IMG/VR virus record: IMGVR_UViG_3300036985_006568
Span: 1 to 57,473 of that record
DNA length: 57,473 nt
From: a virus
Lineage: Duplodnaviria; Caudoviricetes
Reading direction: 5' to 3' (one strand)
Made by a program: the position numbers and the translations under genes. Below the pieces are notes generated by a model. That model was not told where the DNA came from and did not search any database. It was given only the letters and a program-made list of their open reading frames with translations. Below, piece after piece: positions 1-9,156 of the stretch. Positions within the stretch are counted from its first letter, which is position 1. The number at the start of each line of letters is the position of its first letter.

Positions 1-127
1 TGGTTTCAAGTTCATAACAACGGTCACAGCGCTTTGTACCTGTATAGATAGTGCTATCACCGCATAGTTCACAAGGAACACTTTTTCTAATGTCTGGCAT
101 CTCTTACCTCTGCTCTAATGCGGAACG
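1..127. repeat. Exact 127-bp terminal direct repeat, copy 1 (circular assembly overlap)
   Basis: 1-127 is identical to 57347-57473; 127 is a common assembler k-mer length. Confidence 0.95.
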
Positions 128-394
128 GAGCGCCGATTCCGAAAACACAAGCAGCGCCCCCCCCCTATACGAGCAATCCTCAAACGCCTCAGGGTCTGTG
201 CGGAGCAGTATTTGGATGATCCTTTCCCTCTCTTGTTTCTGAATTTTAGGAACCGACTTTGCGCAATGATAGCAAAGATCAACGCCTGATTTCAGTGGAT
301 TATAGTCACTCATACCTCACCTCTAATCAGTGCGCCCAACATCCCGAGCGCGAGGAACAATACGACTGGGTAAATCTGCTGATACATGATCACC

Positions 395-943
395 TCAAAA
401 AGGTTGAATTCCACCCGAAGGCTTGCGGTAGTCTCGGTAGCCCTTTGGTGCGGGAGAAATGGCCCCCTTAAATCCCAGGACCGAGAAAAATGGACGACCC
501 GTCGCATCGCACAATGCAAAAGAGATGTCAGACCCTTCCTGAAAGACCTTTACGGAATAAAGTTTACCGTCCATAGGGAAGTCCGCAAGTGGCTCGGTGC
601 CCTCGAGAAACCCATCAGGCGCATATGATAAGCGAAAGGCGAATTTTACAGACGGCATGGAGCAGATAGCCAGCACATGATCGAGGCTGTTGTAAAGTAT
701 GATCACTTGTCCCGCTGCACGGACGGTGTATTTCTCTTTCCCAACTGTTTCACTCCCAACGTAGGCAGCCTCTGTCATCATGCGGTCGGAAAGGGCCTGA
801 CTCTCGGGTTTCAGGCCCGGGGTAGGTGAAATGACCACCACAGGGACGACCTGCGCGGCCTCCGGGATCGGCACGTTTGATGGCGGGGCAGATGGCGAGA
901 GCCCAAGCAGGGCGGTGGTGATGAGGGTGAAAATGTAGTTCAT
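395..943 (-). CDS. Hypothetical exported protein (signal peptide, Pro-rich linker)
   Basis: AGGAG RBS; hydrophobic N-terminus MNYIFTLITTALLGLSP followed by a Pro-rich segment. Confidence 0.6.
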   Translation of the reverse strand: MNYIFTLITTALLGLSPSAPPSNVPIPEAAQVVPVVVISPTPGLKPESQALSDRMMTEAAYVGSETVGKEKYTVRAAGQVIILYNSLDHVLAICSMPSVKFAFRLSYAPDGFLEGTEPLADFPMDGKLYSVKVFQEGSDISFALCDATGRPFFSVLGFKGAISPAPKGYRDYRKPSGGIQPF

Positions 944-957
944 GGTTTGCTCCTAGG

Positions 958-1212
958 TTAAATACGGTTTAATGAGATTATAACAAAATCCTCGTTAGTT
1001 ACAGGAGGGGAGAATGTTGAACCTATATATTTCAACATTTCAGGAAGATTATCTTTTATGTTCCCTTTTATAGAAAAGATACCTGAAGTCGACAAAGTAT
1101 GCCCAAAGGTTTCTTTTGCCTCCATTCTTGCAGAAAAAAAGTAATCGACTTCTTTTGCCGTGGTCATTTTGACTCCTTTAGTTTGTGGGAATTGAGAATT
1201 TAAGTTCGTCAT
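958..1212 (-). CDS. Hypothetical protein (start may be internal, MTTAKEV); possible paralog of 6570-6761
   Basis: ORF within the operon; C-terminus EDFVIISLNRI resembles DNFVITSLTRL. Confidence 0.55.
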   Translation of the reverse strand: MTNLNSQFPQTKGVKMTTAKEVDYFFSARMEAKETFGHTLSTSGIFSIKGNIKDNLPEMLKYIGSTFSPPVTNEDFVIISLNRI

Positions 1213-2347
1213 GCCTTACTCCTAGAAGATTACTCAGGTCCCTTATGAGCATCTCCTTTTGATTAAATCGCATGGCGTAACTAGGGTGGCATGTTTTGTA
1301 TATCTCGGGGTATACTGCGAGAGATTGTAGATAACCTTGACACCGTGTCTTAACCCCATCTAAAGCCTCATTCCCGAGACAAAGTATACGTAGATTTGGT
1401 TTTTTCTTCAGTGCCTCAGTTATTCCGATCGCACCATAATGATCGTTGACATTAATGTAGATGGCCCGTGTTTCATCAAACCCGATCTCATGGAGACAGG
1501 TAGAAAGAAACAAAGATGAGTGTGAATAATCAAGGAATGGATATCTAATGGCCCTATATTTAGGATTGCACATGTCCCCAACAATGAGCCATTCAGCCGT
1601 ATCTAGGAAACCCCCAAAATTATGGTTGTATCCATTTGTTTCACCGTTCTGTGGTTGACCTCGTTTTGTTACAAATGCGGGTTGTGACTGCCAGCGGGCA
1701 TCCACCTTGTCGAGGGTTAATAGGGCGAAATCATTAACTGTTGTTTTATTGGCAATGTTCTCCGGAAAACAATACCTTAGAAAATCATCTCGGTCCTTTA
1801 CCCCACCAAGTCTGGTCAGTTGTGAGACGTAATCATTGCCTGTACTATCTTTATTTCCATCCCAGAAGTCTAAAAATCTTTTTGCAACATTCCTCTGGTT
1901 ATCATACATCTCATAACGAGTATTTTTCATCTTATTAAATAAGATATTGTGGTCATCGATATTTTCTGGTATACAAACAACGTTTACGGTTCCCATGCCG
2001 CGAAAAGCCCTATCCATCATACGTCCCATGTGGGGCCACTTAGATCCACCACGATAGACACTAGCGTAAACTCCTTCCGACATCCACTGTCTATCTATGA
2101 CCACTATCCCGAAATGAGACCACTTATCTGCTAGGTGTAGGGCTGCAAGCTGATACAGAAACATGTTGTCGGGATATTTGTAGGATAGGTGGTAGTACTT
2201 ACTATATTTCGGTCCGGCTATCTTTAATAGTTCCTTTGCAAGGGTTGTTTTACCTGTTGCATCAGGCCCATCTAAGATAACAACTCCATGGTACGGGATG
2301 AGTCTTTGTTTTGCATGAACCATTCCGTTACTTACTCCGTAAGGCAT
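1178..2347 (-). CDS. Thymidylate-kinase-like P-loop dNMP kinase fused to a uracil-DNA-glycosylase-like domain
   Basis: ILDGPDATGKTT Walker A and IDRQWMSEGVY (TMK DR motif); C-terminal WLIVGD..., ILCLGNEA and HPSY resemble the UDG superfamily. Confidence 0.8.
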   Translation of the reverse strand: MPYGVSNGMVHAKQRLIPYHGVVILDGPDATGKTTLAKELLKIAGPKYSKYYHLSYKYPDNMFLYQLAALHLADKWSHFGIVVIDRQWMSEGVYASVYRGGSKWPHMGRMMDRAFRGMGTVNVVCIPENIDDHNILFNKMKNTRYEMYDNQRNVAKRFLDFWDGNKDSTGNDYVSQLTRLGGVKDRDDFLRYCFPENIANKTTVNDFALLTLDKVDARWQSQPAFVTKRGQPQNGETNGYNHNFGGFLDTAEWLIVGDMCNPKYRAIRYPFLDYSHSSLFLSTCLHEIGFDETRAIYINVNDHYGAIGITEALKKKPNLRILCLGNEALDGVKTRCQGYLQSLAVYPEIYKTCHPSYAMRFNQKEMLIRDLSNLLGVRHDELKFSIPTN

Positions 2348-2350
2348 AGC

Positions 2351-2845
2351 TTACTCCTCAAAAAGGTCATCAAAACAAGGTGGTTGCCAACCTTCCGGTT
2401 TACAAGCATCAAAGAGCGTCCCTCGTTTAGATTGCTCTACACGATCAACACGCACTTTTGCCATATTTGCCTGTTGAACACGAGCAAATCCCTCGTTCCA
2501 AATCGACCAGTGTGGGTCGGTGTTATTCGCTGGTTCACTAAACCCCATTAGATTGGCCGTGCCTAGAACGACGTACACTGTATCTAGAAGACCATCAAAC
2601 GCCTCATGTAGGTTTCTTGTCGCCATCATCTCCCCTATAGGGAGAGGAACAAAAGCAAGATCTCCTCCTTGACCATCGTCACCTTGTTCAATAACGAGTT
2701 CAAATCCACAGGCAATAGCTGTTTCTATTAGTTCCTCCAGTATGAAATTTAGTCTTACCTTCATGTGATCGGGAGGTAAAAAACCCGGTTGATCTAGGGT
2801 CTTGAACCCAAACTTCCTGTGAAAAACCTCTACAAATTCTATCAT
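2351..2845 (-). CDS. MazG-like / PRA-PH nucleoside triphosphate pyrophosphohydrolase
   Basis: VEVFHRKFG, FILEELIE, DGLLDTVYV, VQQANMAK, KPEGW motifs; start placed at MIEF after AGGAGAG. Confidence 0.85.
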   Translation of the reverse strand: MIEFVEVFHRKFGFKTLDQPGFLPPDHMKVRLNFILEELIETAIACGFELVIEQGDDGQGGDLAFVPLPIGEMMATRNLHEAFDGLLDTVYVVLGTANLMGFSEPANNTDPHWSIWNEGFARVQQANMAKVRVDRVEQSKRGTLFDACKPEGWQPPCFDDLFEE

Positions 2846-3054
2846 TTTTCTCTCCTGTATGGTCGATAGGCATAATCCCATTCATTACAAAGAAAATTTA
2901 TTGCACTGTGATCTATATTCGTAGGCACATATCCACTCATTGGAGTAATCATTCCGTCATCATCTGTAAAATGTTCACCGAATTTTAACTGAGCAAAAGC
3001 GAGATCTGTATCTACTCCCCATATTCTGCGCAACTCATTTGACGCCATAGGCAT
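2842..3054 (-). CDS. Hypothetical protein
   Basis: RBS and ATGA-type coupling to the next gene. Confidence 0.55.
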   Translation of the reverse strand: MPMASNELRRIWGVDTDLAFAQLKFGEHFTDDDGMITPMSGYVPTNIDHSAINFLCNEWDYAYRPYRREK

Positions 3055-3065
3055 TGAGATATCTC

Positions 3066-3647
3066 CTAGTTAGCTCGTATGATAAATTGATAATACCCAA
3101 CCATAGTGGTGATTGATCTAGTATTTTTCAACAGAAACTCGTCTATCGCTTTTTTAACCCCAGGGCAATTTGGCCATTCATAGTCGTCAAAAATTAATAT
3201 CCCACCAGTAGAAAGTCTTGGGATAATTAACTCAAGAGTCTTCCTCGTACCGATATAGGTGTCTGTATCACTATGGACGAAAGAAAATTTCTGGTATCGT
3301 TGTGTAAATGTATCTGGAAACTTACCAACCCTGTATACAACCAGACTGAATCCAATAAGACGACTCACTGCCTCAAAACTAGTGTCACAGAACTCGCCAT
3401 CCTTGTGAACATCGATAGATGGATCGGAGTTAACAAGCCCTGTGAATGTATCATATAGATAAAGAGTTTTTTCTGGTATGGTGAGTCTCATTAACTTTGC
3501 AGTATTTCCCTTATAGACTCCTATCTCAGCCATCACACCAGGTACATTTTTTGTTTTGAGTAGTTCCTGATATAATGATTGGGACTTAGTTCTACCTAGG
3601 ATTGCTCCATTACCCATCATAGACCAGATCTCTGAAAATTCCGTCAT
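3066..3647 (-). CDS. TylF/MycF (macrocin O-methyltransferase) family methyltransferase
   Basis: VPGVMAEIGVYKG, LYDTFTGL, FSFVHSDTDTY, GGILIFDDY..PGVKKAIDEF. Confidence 0.9.
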   Translation of the reverse strand: MTEFSEIWSMMGNGAILGRTKSQSLYQELLKTKNVPGVMAEIGVYKGNTAKLMRLTIPEKTLYLYDTFTGLVNSDPSIDVHKDGEFCDTSFEAVSRLIGFSLVVYRVGKFPDTFTQRYQKFSFVHSDTDTYIGTRKTLELIIPRLSTGGILIFDDYEWPNCPGVKKAIDEFLLKNTRSITTMVGYYQFIIRAN

Positions 3648-4639
3648 GGTTTCCTCACATCATAAATTCTAACCACAGGGACCCCTTCGAGTTCACCCCA
3701 GGGTAGACCATTTAAAACAGCAGTCGCCATCCACTTTCCAACCGGCGCTAAAACACAACGAGATAGGAACCCAGAGATAGCTGACTCGGTGTAGGATTCA
3801 AGTTGCCAATTTTGTGGGAGACCACACAATGCAAGTAACTCCCCATAGGTAAGTTTCCTCGGTTCATGTGGGTGCCAGGCATTTATTGGAAAAAGAACCG
3901 GACATGGCTCATCTGCACGTAATCTTTGTGAGAGGAATCCGGGTTTTGTGCCGGTCTTCTTATCTTCTGGTAGTGCTTGATAAGCAGCCAGGAACTTACC
4001 TTGATGATCCTTAGATATATCCCAAATAACCTCGTCAAAGGGTCTCCTTGCAAAAACCTTCTCATTTTCAAGTACCTCTACCTCAGCTAGGACTTCATCA
4101 ACGGTCCTTTGGTTGGTGAATTCGGGAAAGATGAGTGGTGTTTGGTGAGCAATAAAGAACATGCGCTTTCTGTTTTGAGGGGCTCCTAGATACATGTTGT
4201 TTTGAAGGATGATTGACACATGGTAACCGGCGTCAATCCACTTTTTTGCTTGTAGGTCTACAAAAGTTTTTCCTTTAGTGAAGCACGTGATGACAGATTC
4301 CCACATCCAAACATTGGGTCGTATGGTTAACCCAGCCTCTACTAGCGTCGTGATGCAGTCTAATCGTGGATCATCTTGCCAGTCTACACCCTTATTACCA
4401 GCAGCTGTAGACCAAGGGGCGCAGGGTGGGTTTGTAAAGAAAAGATCAATCTCTTTGAAGTCTTCCAGGTGCCATGCTTCCTTTCCAACCCTTATGTCGA
4501 GCCCCGGGAAGTTAAGCTTGGATGTCTTTACACCATAGTCATTGTGTTCAAGCTGTGCAAGGACGTTGAACCCCGCGTCCTTGACTCCTTTAATAAAAGG
4601 TCCCCCAAATACATTACCTGCCAAGGCCGTAGGTTTCAT
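3644..4639 (-). CDS. Divergent C5-cytosine DNA methyltransferase
   Basis: Catalytic PPC (TNPPCAPWS), motif VIII PQNRKRMFF, HPHEPRKLT..E, CGLPQNW; motifs I and VI are atypical. Confidence 0.8.
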   Translation of the reverse strand: MKPTALAGNVFGGPFIKGVKDAGFNVLAQLEHNDYGVKTSKLNFPGLDIRVGKEAWHLEDFKEIDLFFTNPPCAPWSTAAGNKGVDWQDDPRLDCITTLVEAGLTIRPNVWMWESVITCFTKGKTFVDLQAKKWIDAGYHVSIILQNNMYLGAPQNRKRMFFIAHQTPLIFPEFTNQRTVDEVLAEVEVLENEKVFARRPFDEVIWDISKDHQGKFLAAYQALPEDKKTGTKPGFLSQRLRADEPCPVLFPINAWHPHEPRKLTYGELLALCGLPQNWQLESYTESAISGFLSRCVLAPVGKWMATAVLNGLPWGELEGVPVVRIYDVRKP

Positions 4640-4640
4640 G

Positions 4641-4928
4641 TTAGTGCCATCTTTCATAAAATTCACCTGGTCTTGGCAAGTTGTCCTCACCATAGACCTT
4701 TTTAAGTTTACCTGAAGCGATATCCTCTTTAAATTTAAACTCCGCTTGAACTAGTCGATTCATAAGTTCTTTCACATCCCCGACTAGTAAAGTATCTTTA
4801 CCATGTTTTAATAGCAAGTTATCCATGAATCTACAAGCGGGTCCTTTTATACCAAAAATCTTTATGACGGTTAAAACCCACGTCTCGAGGGTTGAATTTT
4901 CTGGTGGGATGTGGTCATCTAGATTCAT
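4641..4928 (-). CDS. Hypothetical protein
   Basis: Tightly coupled ORF in the operon. Confidence 0.55.
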   Translation of the reverse strand: MNLDDHIPPENSTLETWVLTVIKIFGIKGPACRFMDNLLLKHGKDTLLVGDVKELMNRLVQAEFKFKEDIASGKLKKVYGEDNLPRPGEFYERWH

Positions 4929-5827
4929 AAGTTCCTTTCCGCGATCTCATAAATAAATTCGGACCATTTATCTGAACTGGAATGACTGGTCGCACCATAG
5001 ACTATTAAACTACCAAAGTGGCAAGAGCCGATGGATGATCCGTCTTCATTAATTGTTACTCGCCTAACCTTCCAAAGACAGTTCCTGGAGTAGGCTGGGA
5101 ACAGGGGGGCAAAGATAGTTGCTAGATAGTTACTGTCGTAGTATTCCTGCAGCTGATTAAATACGTCTCTTTGAGATGGCGTCATGTAAGGTTTGTAATC
5201 CTTCATTGAGGCAAATGTCCCATGCGAGTCGACGATATCAAGTCCGGTATATTCCAACATGGCCCCAAATGCTTGATAACTCATCTCATTCACATGGTTC
5301 CCTGCAGCCCCCGTTTCGGCATTATAGCAAGGTGTGGAGATGAAGGCAACACCTTCCTCTGTCAGGTGATCATGGATCCCCCTGAGGAGTTTCAGTGTTC
5401 CTTCTGGCTCCACATGCTCAGCAACCTCAAAACAGATGATCACATCATACTTATCGGGGATCTTTTCTGACGGTGTGAATTGATCTGGGAACACACAATT
5501 CTGAATCAAACGTAGTGGGAATTTACCACTTCGCAGCATCTCAGGAATTGTAAGGGCATTGTAGTCAACACCTACGTAGCATCCCCCTTCTTCTGGTACT
5601 GGGATCAATCTACTCGAATACATGAGCTTTGCCAGGGGGACTTCTCTCCCACAACCCACATCTAGGATCTTTAGAGACTTGTATCGTCTACTTGCACTCA
5701 TGTATTTTACCACATGAGTCCAACGAAGACAGTGGGCAATATAGTCCCTATGCAAAAATCCACGAGCCTCAGCTTGATCAATACTAAGATGCGTGTTGTC
5801 GATCTCTTTGCCTCTGATGTTTGTCAT
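4925..5827 (-). CDS. Class I SAM-dependent methyltransferase
   Basis: ILDVGCG, YVGVD, YDVIICFEVAEHV, FISTP motifs; start placed at MTNIRG. Confidence 0.85.
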   Translation of the reverse strand: MTNIRGKEIDNTHLSIDQAEARGFLHRDYIAHCLRWTHVVKYMSASRRYKSLKILDVGCGREVPLAKLMYSSRLIPVPEEGGCYVGVDYNALTIPEMLRSGKFPLRLIQNCVFPDQFTPSEKIPDKYDVIICFEVAEHVEPEGTLKLLRGIHDHLTEEGVAFISTPCYNAETGAAGNHVNEMSYQAFGAMLEYTGLDIVDSHGTFASMKDYKPYMTPSQRDVFNQLQEYYDSNYLATIFAPLFPAYSRNCLWKVRRVTINEDGSSIGSCHFGSLIVYGATSHSSSDKWSEFIYEIAERNL

Positions 5828-5862
5828 ATAACCCCTTTGGAATATTTTACAAAGTGTAAAAA

Positions 5863-6099
5863 TCAATCCCCTGTATTTAGGCGAGAGGTCACAATATTGG
5901 TTTCAGGATCAAGGATATAGATTCGATTATCTTTGCCATGTTTTTCTAGGAAGTCTCTTTTTGTGGCTACATGCCACCACCAATAGGCGTCATTATAGCC
6001 GGTCCATGTTATTTTACCTGCAGCCTTTGTATAGATGGACCAGTAGATATCATTACTATATTGAGCGAAGACTGCTGTTCCAACTAGGGTAGGGCTCAT
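5863..6099 (-). CDS. Hypothetical protein
   Basis: ATGA overlap with upstream gene. Confidence 0.5.
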   Translation of the reverse strand: MSPTLVGTAVFAQYSNDIYWSIYTKAAGKITWTGYNDAYWWWHVATKRDFLEKHGKDNRIYILDPETNIVTSRLNTGD

Positions 6100-6560
6100 G
6101 ACTGGACCTCCTTTATAAATTTGATAATTTTACGAGTGTCGTTATATCCGGGTTCACCTTCACGTTGTTCTAGCATTATCATAGTTGGACTATCAGTCAA
6201 CCCAGACCTCTGTACAACCACAACATGCTTAAAAAGATCTTTGACCCATTTTAATTCATTTTCTGCACCCCATTTTTCGCCCCATGTTTTCCTCAGCTCT
6301 ATATTCTTACTTTCTAATTGACGAACCAAATCAGCTTCTGTAGTCAACTTGAATCCTTCTAGGATCCTTTCTCGCATATTAGCGAGAGTCGAACTACATG
6401 GATAGGAATCTTGATTTGTATATCCATCGATAAGCAGTGTTATGAACTCATCCATGAAGCCGGAGTCACAAACTAGTTGGTCATACAGCTCCTTCTTTGC
6501 TTTTGGATTATTCATTATGTCTGACAGATCAAGTGCAACCTTAACTTCCAGGTTTGCCAT
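6096..6560 (-). CDS. Hypothetical protein (coiled-coil segment)
   Basis: GGAGAG RBS, 154 aa ORF. Confidence 0.6.
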   Translation of the reverse strand: MANLEVKVALDLSDIMNNPKAKKELYDQLVCDSGFMDEFITLLIDGYTNQDSYPCSSTLANMRERILEGFKLTTEADLVRQLESKNIELRKTWGEKWGAENELKWVKDLFKHVVVVQRSGLTDSPTMIMLEQREGEPGYNDTRKIIKFIKEVQS

Positions 6561-6569
6561 TTGTCTCTC

Positions 6570-6761
6570 CTATAAACGGGTGAGCGAGGTGATGACGAAA
6601 TTATCATCTTCCCAGGCTGAGGCCTTGGAGATATAATTCCTGGCATCAACATAATCACTAGCAGTGAGTGGCTTGCCAGACTCTAGGATTCCATCTGAAT
6701 AGTCCGTGTAACCACTGGGGGAGTGCTTTTCAGCACAGTAATGGTAGGTAATCAAGGGCAT
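6570..6761 (-). CDS. Hypothetical protein
   Basis: AGGAGA RBS. Confidence 0.55.
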   Translation of the reverse strand: MPLITYHYCAEKHSPSGYTDYSDGILESGKPLTASDYVDARNYISKASAWEDDNFVITSLTRL

Positions 6762-6769
6762 GGTTTCTC

Positions 6770-6949
6770 CTAAGGGTTAAATGACATGGCAACGACGTTC
6801 AGGATTAGATCTAGCGTAAAGAAGGCAACGAAACCCCACACAACATACCACGTGATTGTTTTTTCACCACTTGTGTTACTTCGTTTTCGTGGACGGCGTG
6901 AGGCATGAACGAATATTGCAAAGTTTTCGAGGGGGGTAAAGTTGCTCAT
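6770..6949 (-). CDS. Small membrane protein (59 aa, not in the ORF track)
   Basis: Hand translation MSNFTPLE...TWYVVWGFVAFFTLDLILNVVAMSFNP; ATGA overlap with upstream gene. Confidence 0.5.
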   Translation of the reverse strand: MSNFTPLENFAIFVHASRRPRKRSNTSGEKTITWYVVWGFVAFFTLDLILNVVAMSFNP

Positions 6950-7224
6950 GACAACTCGTCTAAAGGTAATGAGATTGATTCGGTTCCATTTGACGAGGCC
7001 TCTATACGAGATTCTTCATTTGCCGCCTTAACATATAACTCAGCATCTCCCCTATTCGTAAACTTAAAGATGGAGATGACTTGTCCATATTGCTGACCGA
7101 ACCAGGTCTTCGCTTCGTAACTCCAAATGCACCCTGTCACCCGACCCCCCACTGTCTTAAACTGAAATCCAGGGGGGACACACTCCCATGCTCCTCGGAA
7201 GCAGAGATACGCTTTTGTTATCAT
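6946..7224 (-). CDS. Hypothetical protein
   Basis: AAGGAGA RBS. Confidence 0.55.
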   Translation of the reverse strand: MITKAYLCFRGAWECVPPGFQFKTVGGRVTGCIWSYEAKTWFGQQYGQVISIFKFTNRGDAELYVKAANEESRIEASSNGTESISLPLDELS

Positions 7225-7263
7225 ACTTTCTCCTTTTTATGATATCCCCTTCCTGGGGAGGGT

Positions 7264-7641
7264 TTATTTGGTGCACGTTGGATGATGTCCCCACTCATGC
7301 CTGTTAGGGATCCATATCCCCTTGCAGCACGCGTGTGGGTTAGGAAAATCAGGATGATGTAACGCCCAGAGGTTATTTAGGCGTGTTGCCACCTTACGGG
7401 CCTCCTCTTCTATCAGATGGTCTGATTGAAAGATGTAGTCACCATTATCTTCACGCATGAAGATAAACCACAGTTTTCCCATAGAGGGGTTGACTTGGTC
7501 TACTCTCTTGTAGAAGTATTTACTCTTAACAGGTGTTCTCTGGCTTTGAGAGTTGACCTCTAAGTCCATTGAATTGTCTTTGTCATTGGTTATCATAGAC
7601 TCCTCTTTCAAATTATCTAGGAGAGTGAGATTCCATATCAA
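7264..7641 (-). CDS. Hypothetical protein (start uncertain)
   Basis: ORF in the minus-strand gene run. Confidence 0.5.
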   Translation of the reverse strand: MIWNLTLLDNLKEESMITNDKDNSMDLEVNSQSQRTPVKSKYFYKRVDQVNPSMGKLWFIFMREDNGDYIFQSDHLIEEEARKVATRLNNLWALHHPDFPNPHACCKGIWIPNRHEWGHHPTCTK

Positions 7642-7826
7642 TAATACTCTTCATCGATTGGAGTGCATCCTTCATGTTGGTAGATAGAGCAAAATCCCCA
7701 ATCATAACCTACGTTTACCTCTCGGATCGCGGGTGATCCTTCCACTATCATCAAATCACAAACACAGCATTGATGCTGCTTTTTTGTCTTTTTTACGTTC
7801 CGTCTACTAAGCACAACACCCATCAC
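7638..7826 (-). CDS. Small Cys/His (Zn-finger-like) protein
   Basis: HQCCVC...HEGC; AGGAGG RBS. Confidence 0.55.
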   Translation of the reverse strand: MMGVVLSRRNVKKTKKQHQCCVCDLMIVEGSPAIREVNVGYDWGFCSIYQHEGCTPIDEEYY

Positions 7827-8055
7827 TACTTACCTCCTGAAGGAATTACGTTTTGATCGTATCCAATCCTACAAAATCTCCTATTCCTCGTTTCTGTGGT
7901 GATTCTTGATCACACCTATGTAGGCACAAACACTCACTATACGGGTTTTCTTTTTCATCAACAACTTCACCACTAAAAATTTGCCCGCATCTTCTACATT
8001 TATACACACGCTGAAATGTTGGACTTGCCATATTACTTACCTCCTGAAGGAATTA
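7827..8055 (-). repeat. 22-bp direct repeat containing an RBS (7827-7848, 8034-8055)
   Basis: tacttacctcctgaaggaatta occurs twice, flanking ORF 7846-8031. Confidence 0.85.
7846..8031 (-). CDS. Small Zn-ribbon protein
   Basis: YKCRRCG...HRC; AGGAGG RBS. Confidence 0.6.
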   Translation of the reverse strand: MASPTFQRVYKCRRCGQIFSGEVVDEKENPYSECLCLHRCDQESPQKRGIGDFVGLDTIKT

Positions 8056-8171
8056 AGGCATAAGCACAAGCCTTTAAGATGGTTAGGAACAGGAATAATA
8101 GTCCGGAACCAAGAAGGATAAAGATTGACCATATCACCATCAAAGCCTTTACCTCAGAGCTTATTGTCTTG

Positions 8172-8393
8172 CTAGTCTTTTTTTGCACGGAGGGCACCTT
8201 TCTTTGTTAGCCAGAGGTATTGTCCAAGTTGTTCTACAAGACCCTCTAATATAAGGCCACGGAGAATTACCTTAAGACTGCCCTCAGTTACCCCCTCCCT
8301 CTTGTAAGCGAGTAGGAAATCTTTGACGAATAATCCCGGTCCCCGGACCGCTAGACAGGATAACAGTCGTTTTTCTAGGTTGAATTGATCCAT
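8172..8393 (-). CDS. Small winged-helix-like protein
   Basis: LRGLILEGLVEQLGQYLWLTKKG is a typical wHTH wing; AGGAGG RBS. Confidence 0.55.
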   Translation of the reverse strand: MDQFNLEKRLLSCLAVRGPGLFVKDFLLAYKREGVTEGSLKVILRGLILEGLVEQLGQYLWLTKKGALRAKKD

Positions 8394-8643
8394 TAACTAC
8401 CTCCTGATTGATCTTCTTTCTATACTTCAGTGTAATGCCTTATTCAGCGCTGATTCCCCAGTGCGCCATAAGTCGACGGTCCACTTGTGTAAAGACCAAT
8501 GAAGTTGGTTGCGGTTTAGGACCAACACAATCAGTGCCATCGACCCATGCCCAGAAGGCCTTTGGATCATCATCCTTCCACTTACACTGTTCCTCAGGGG
8601 TCATGCCGGACCAGGTTGCTTCGTCCATAACTGCCTCCGTGTA

Positions 8644-9156
8644 TCAGGCGTTATATTCAAAGGTGTTTGTAAATTCACCGAAGAACCAAGAGGGTAGGAC
8701 GTCTTGGTTTTCCAAGAAGTTGTAGTATTGTGATAGAGCTAATGCAAATTGAAAGCCGAAGGTCCTAATGATGCTAGAACCTGGAAGGGTGTCCACTCCA
8801 GCGTGCATGCTAAACAGCAGGCTTCCTTTTTTCTCCCTGACACTGCAAAGAAGCCACTGTGTCCCATGTTTCGTAAGCAAAAGTGGTGTGCAAGATAGCA
8901 AGTTCTTTTCTTCACAAGCAGCGCAGTCATGATCGCAAGCTTGCACCCTCTCCTGATTGATAAAGAATAAGGTCAAACTTGGTTGGTCTATGATCATCAG
9001 GGAGGCCGCTGCATCTTCCTGCTTCGTCCTACTGAGCACCTCTAGTCGCACCGCCTCTAAAAATATACTATCTGGTAAGGCCTCAAGCATTACACCCTCC
9101 TCTTTTTTCCAGAAGGAACTTGTTGTATTGCATGAGAGAATCGACGATTGCCTCAC
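8644..9156 (-). CDS. Hypothetical protein (probable start MLEALP)
   Basis: ORF with Cys cluster CDHDCAAC; GAGGAGG upstream of the internal ATG. Confidence 0.5.
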   Translation of the reverse strand: MRQSSILSCNTTSSFWKKEEGVMLEALPDSIFLEAVRLEVLSRTKQEDAAASLMIIDQPSLTLFFINQERVQACDHDCAACEEKNLLSCTPLLLTKHGTQWLLCSVREKKGSLLFSMHAGVDTLPGSSIIRTFGFQFALALSQYYNFLENQDVLPSWFFGEFTNTFEYNA

